From the NCBI GenBank assembly GCA_016840425.1, contig JAEOSI010000115.1, positions 1 through 7,342 on the forward strand: a stretch of DNA of 7,342 nucleotides, in the 5' to 3' direction. The notes under the pieces are model-generated. The model saw only the letters and a program-made list of their open reading frames with translations. It did no database searches and was not told the origin of the DNA. Position 1 is the first letter of the stretch; every line of letters begins with the position of its first letter. A program made the translations under genes and the position numbers. This document shows, piece after piece, positions 6,298 through 7,342 of the stretch. The stretch comes from Candidatus Wukongarchaeum yapensis. Lineage in GTDB: Archaea > Asgardarchaeota > Wukongarchaeia > Wukongarchaeales > Wukongarchaeaceae.

Positions 6298-6442
6298 AGT
6301 CCAGATGCTTCCTATACGCTGCTTTTAATCAATTTTAAAAACAGTATTAAAGCAACAAACAAAAGAAAACTCTAAAATAAATCTTTACAAACTAAAAACC
6401 AAGAAAAAGGCTAGAATAATGTTAAAACCTTAAAATAGATTT

Positions 6443-6458
6443 CAAAAAAGATATAAAG
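6443..6458 (+). promoter_or_regulatory. Putative archaeal BRE/TATA promoter for the 6470/6479 gene
   Basis: CAAAAAAG followed by ATATAAAG (6451-6458). The spacing fits a leaderless start at ATG 6479 better than ATG 6470. Confidence 0.45.
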
Positions 6459-6469
6459 AACTCCTTGTT

Positions 6470-6688
6470 ATGAAGCATATGGATTGGTATGACTTGTTAG
6501 GAGTCCTTCTCATTTTCTTCGCATTTATTCTTGCCCGGATTAGCTTAGGAGAGCTCGAAAGGCCATATCCTAAGCCAGAATATTCTCCTTTTGATTTCCG
6601 CCAAATAAAGGATGTTAAACTTTTTTCTCTTGCATTTATACTACTCTTTATTGGAATATTATTATTTTTTGTTGATCCTGAAACATGA
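6470..6688 (+). CDS. Small two-TM membrane protein, hypothetical; start may be ATG 6479
   Basis: 72 aa with two clear hydrophobic helices (LLGVLLIFFAFILARISL; LFSLAFILLFIGILLFFV) separated by a Pro/Tyr-rich loop. Confidence 0.7.
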   Translation: MKHMDWYDLLGVLLIFFAFILARISLGELERPYPKPEYSPFDFRQIKDVKLFSLAFILLFIGILLFFVDPET

Positions 6689-6720
6689 CTTTTTGTTCTA
6701 TTGTCTCAGAATTTTTGTCT
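6689..6720. terminator. T-rich convergent intergenic region, possible archaeal terminator
   Basis: T-tracts follow the TGA at 6688 on the plus strand, within the 32 bp between convergent genes. Confidence 0.3.
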
Positions 6721-7206
6721 TCAAATTCCGTTTTTTAAGGCTATAATTTCTTTAACATCCACAAGTTTCCAAATAAAGGTTCTATCTTCTCTTACTATGG
6801 ATTCTATGGGTTCTTCAGGTGAATAACCGAGGGCAGCCATAATATTTTTTGAAAGATTTTTATCCTTGATTAGTCGAACAAACTTTTCCCGGATTACCTT
6901 CTTCTCATTTTCGTCTTCAACTTCCACGAGGCGTCCTAATAGGGTCATAAAGTTATAAGCTGAGAGGTCAGGGCTGTATTTTTCTACTTCTACACAGACA
7001 TGGGGATTTTGCTGGAAGTATCGAACCTTTTTGCCATATTTTGTTGATAGAAAATACATGAAATTTCCGTCAAAAACATATAAAAACGGCGCAATATAGG
7101 GATGTTTTTCGCCTTTAAAGGCAATTCTGCTCATATATCCTTCACTGATTAATTGGTCGTATTCTATTTTCTTCATACTCGGAATCTTTACTATAGTCAT
7201 AAGCAT
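6721..7206 (-). CDS. Pyridoxamine 5'-phosphate oxidase-like / flavin-nucleotide-binding split-barrel protein; start may be ATG 7200
   Basis: 161 aa with the family pattern RIAF-x4-PYI-x-PF-x-Y-x-FDG-x-x-MYF-x5-GKK-x6-NP-x-VCVEV...F-x-T-x-x-G-x-L-x-EV-x-D. Confidence 0.9.
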   Translation of the reverse strand: MLMTIVKIPSMKKIEYDQLISEGYMSRIAFKGEKHPYIAPFLYVFDGNFMYFLSTKYGKKVRYFQQNPHVCVEVEKYSPDLSAYNFMTLLGRLVEVEDENEKKVIREKFVRLIKDKNLSKNIMAALGYSPEEPIESIVREDRTFIWKLVDVKEIIALKNGI

Positions 7207-7230
7207 CTTCTCTTCTTGTAAACTTCAGTA

Positions 7231-7246
7231 TTAATAAATTTTCACG
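7231..7246 (-). promoter_or_regulatory. Putative archaeal BRE/TATA promoter for the flavin-binding gene
   Basis: The minus strand reads CGTGAAAA-TTTATTAA (7246-7231), with the TATA-like box 25-32 nt upstream of ATG 7206. Confidence 0.5.
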
Positions 7247-7342
7247 TTAAGCGGTTCCAAATTCTATAACTGTTTTTATTTCCCCTTTCTCAAAGGCTTT
7301 TTTGAAATCTTCTATTTTTACTCTTGTTATCATTTTTTTCAA

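Larger units (their letters stand above)
5541..6825. mobile_element. Possible relic of an element integrated into the 3' end of the flavin-binding gene (att-like direct repeats 5541-5645 and 6721-6825)
   Basis: Direct repeats offset by 1180 bp share a 26-bp identical core (5611-5636 = 6791-6816) and enclose 1075 bp carrying two small membrane-protein genes. No integrase is present, so this is inference. Confidence 0.35.

Overview
AT-rich, probably archaeal chromosomal window (GGAGG/GGTG-type SD sites, BRE/TATA-like promoters, heavy ATA/AGA/AGG codon use, archaeal-type gene families); taxonomy cannot be fixed from sequence alone. The left part (1-4237) looks like resident metabolic DNA: the 5' end of a DapA/NAL-family class I aldolase (minus strand, GTNGE motif), divergent from a cytoplasmic GH15 glucoamylase/trehalase-family hydrolase, followed by a large, atypical DUF362 protein. 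The right part (4238-7342) is an accessory, decaying region. It holds a doubly frameshifted pseudogene missing from the ORF track (4257-4460, minus), a GNAT acetyltransferase, a short PD-(D/E)XK-like protein, two small membrane proteins and a pyridoxamine-5'-phosphate-oxidase-like flavin-binding protein. The last 105 bp of the flavin-protein gene are repeated 1180 bp away (91/105 identical, mostly synonymous changes, one nonsense codon), which resembles an integrated-element relic that replaced the 3' end of its target gene. No rRNA, tRNA, CRISPR array, integrase or transposase was seen. Family names come from motif recognition and memory, not from database searches.
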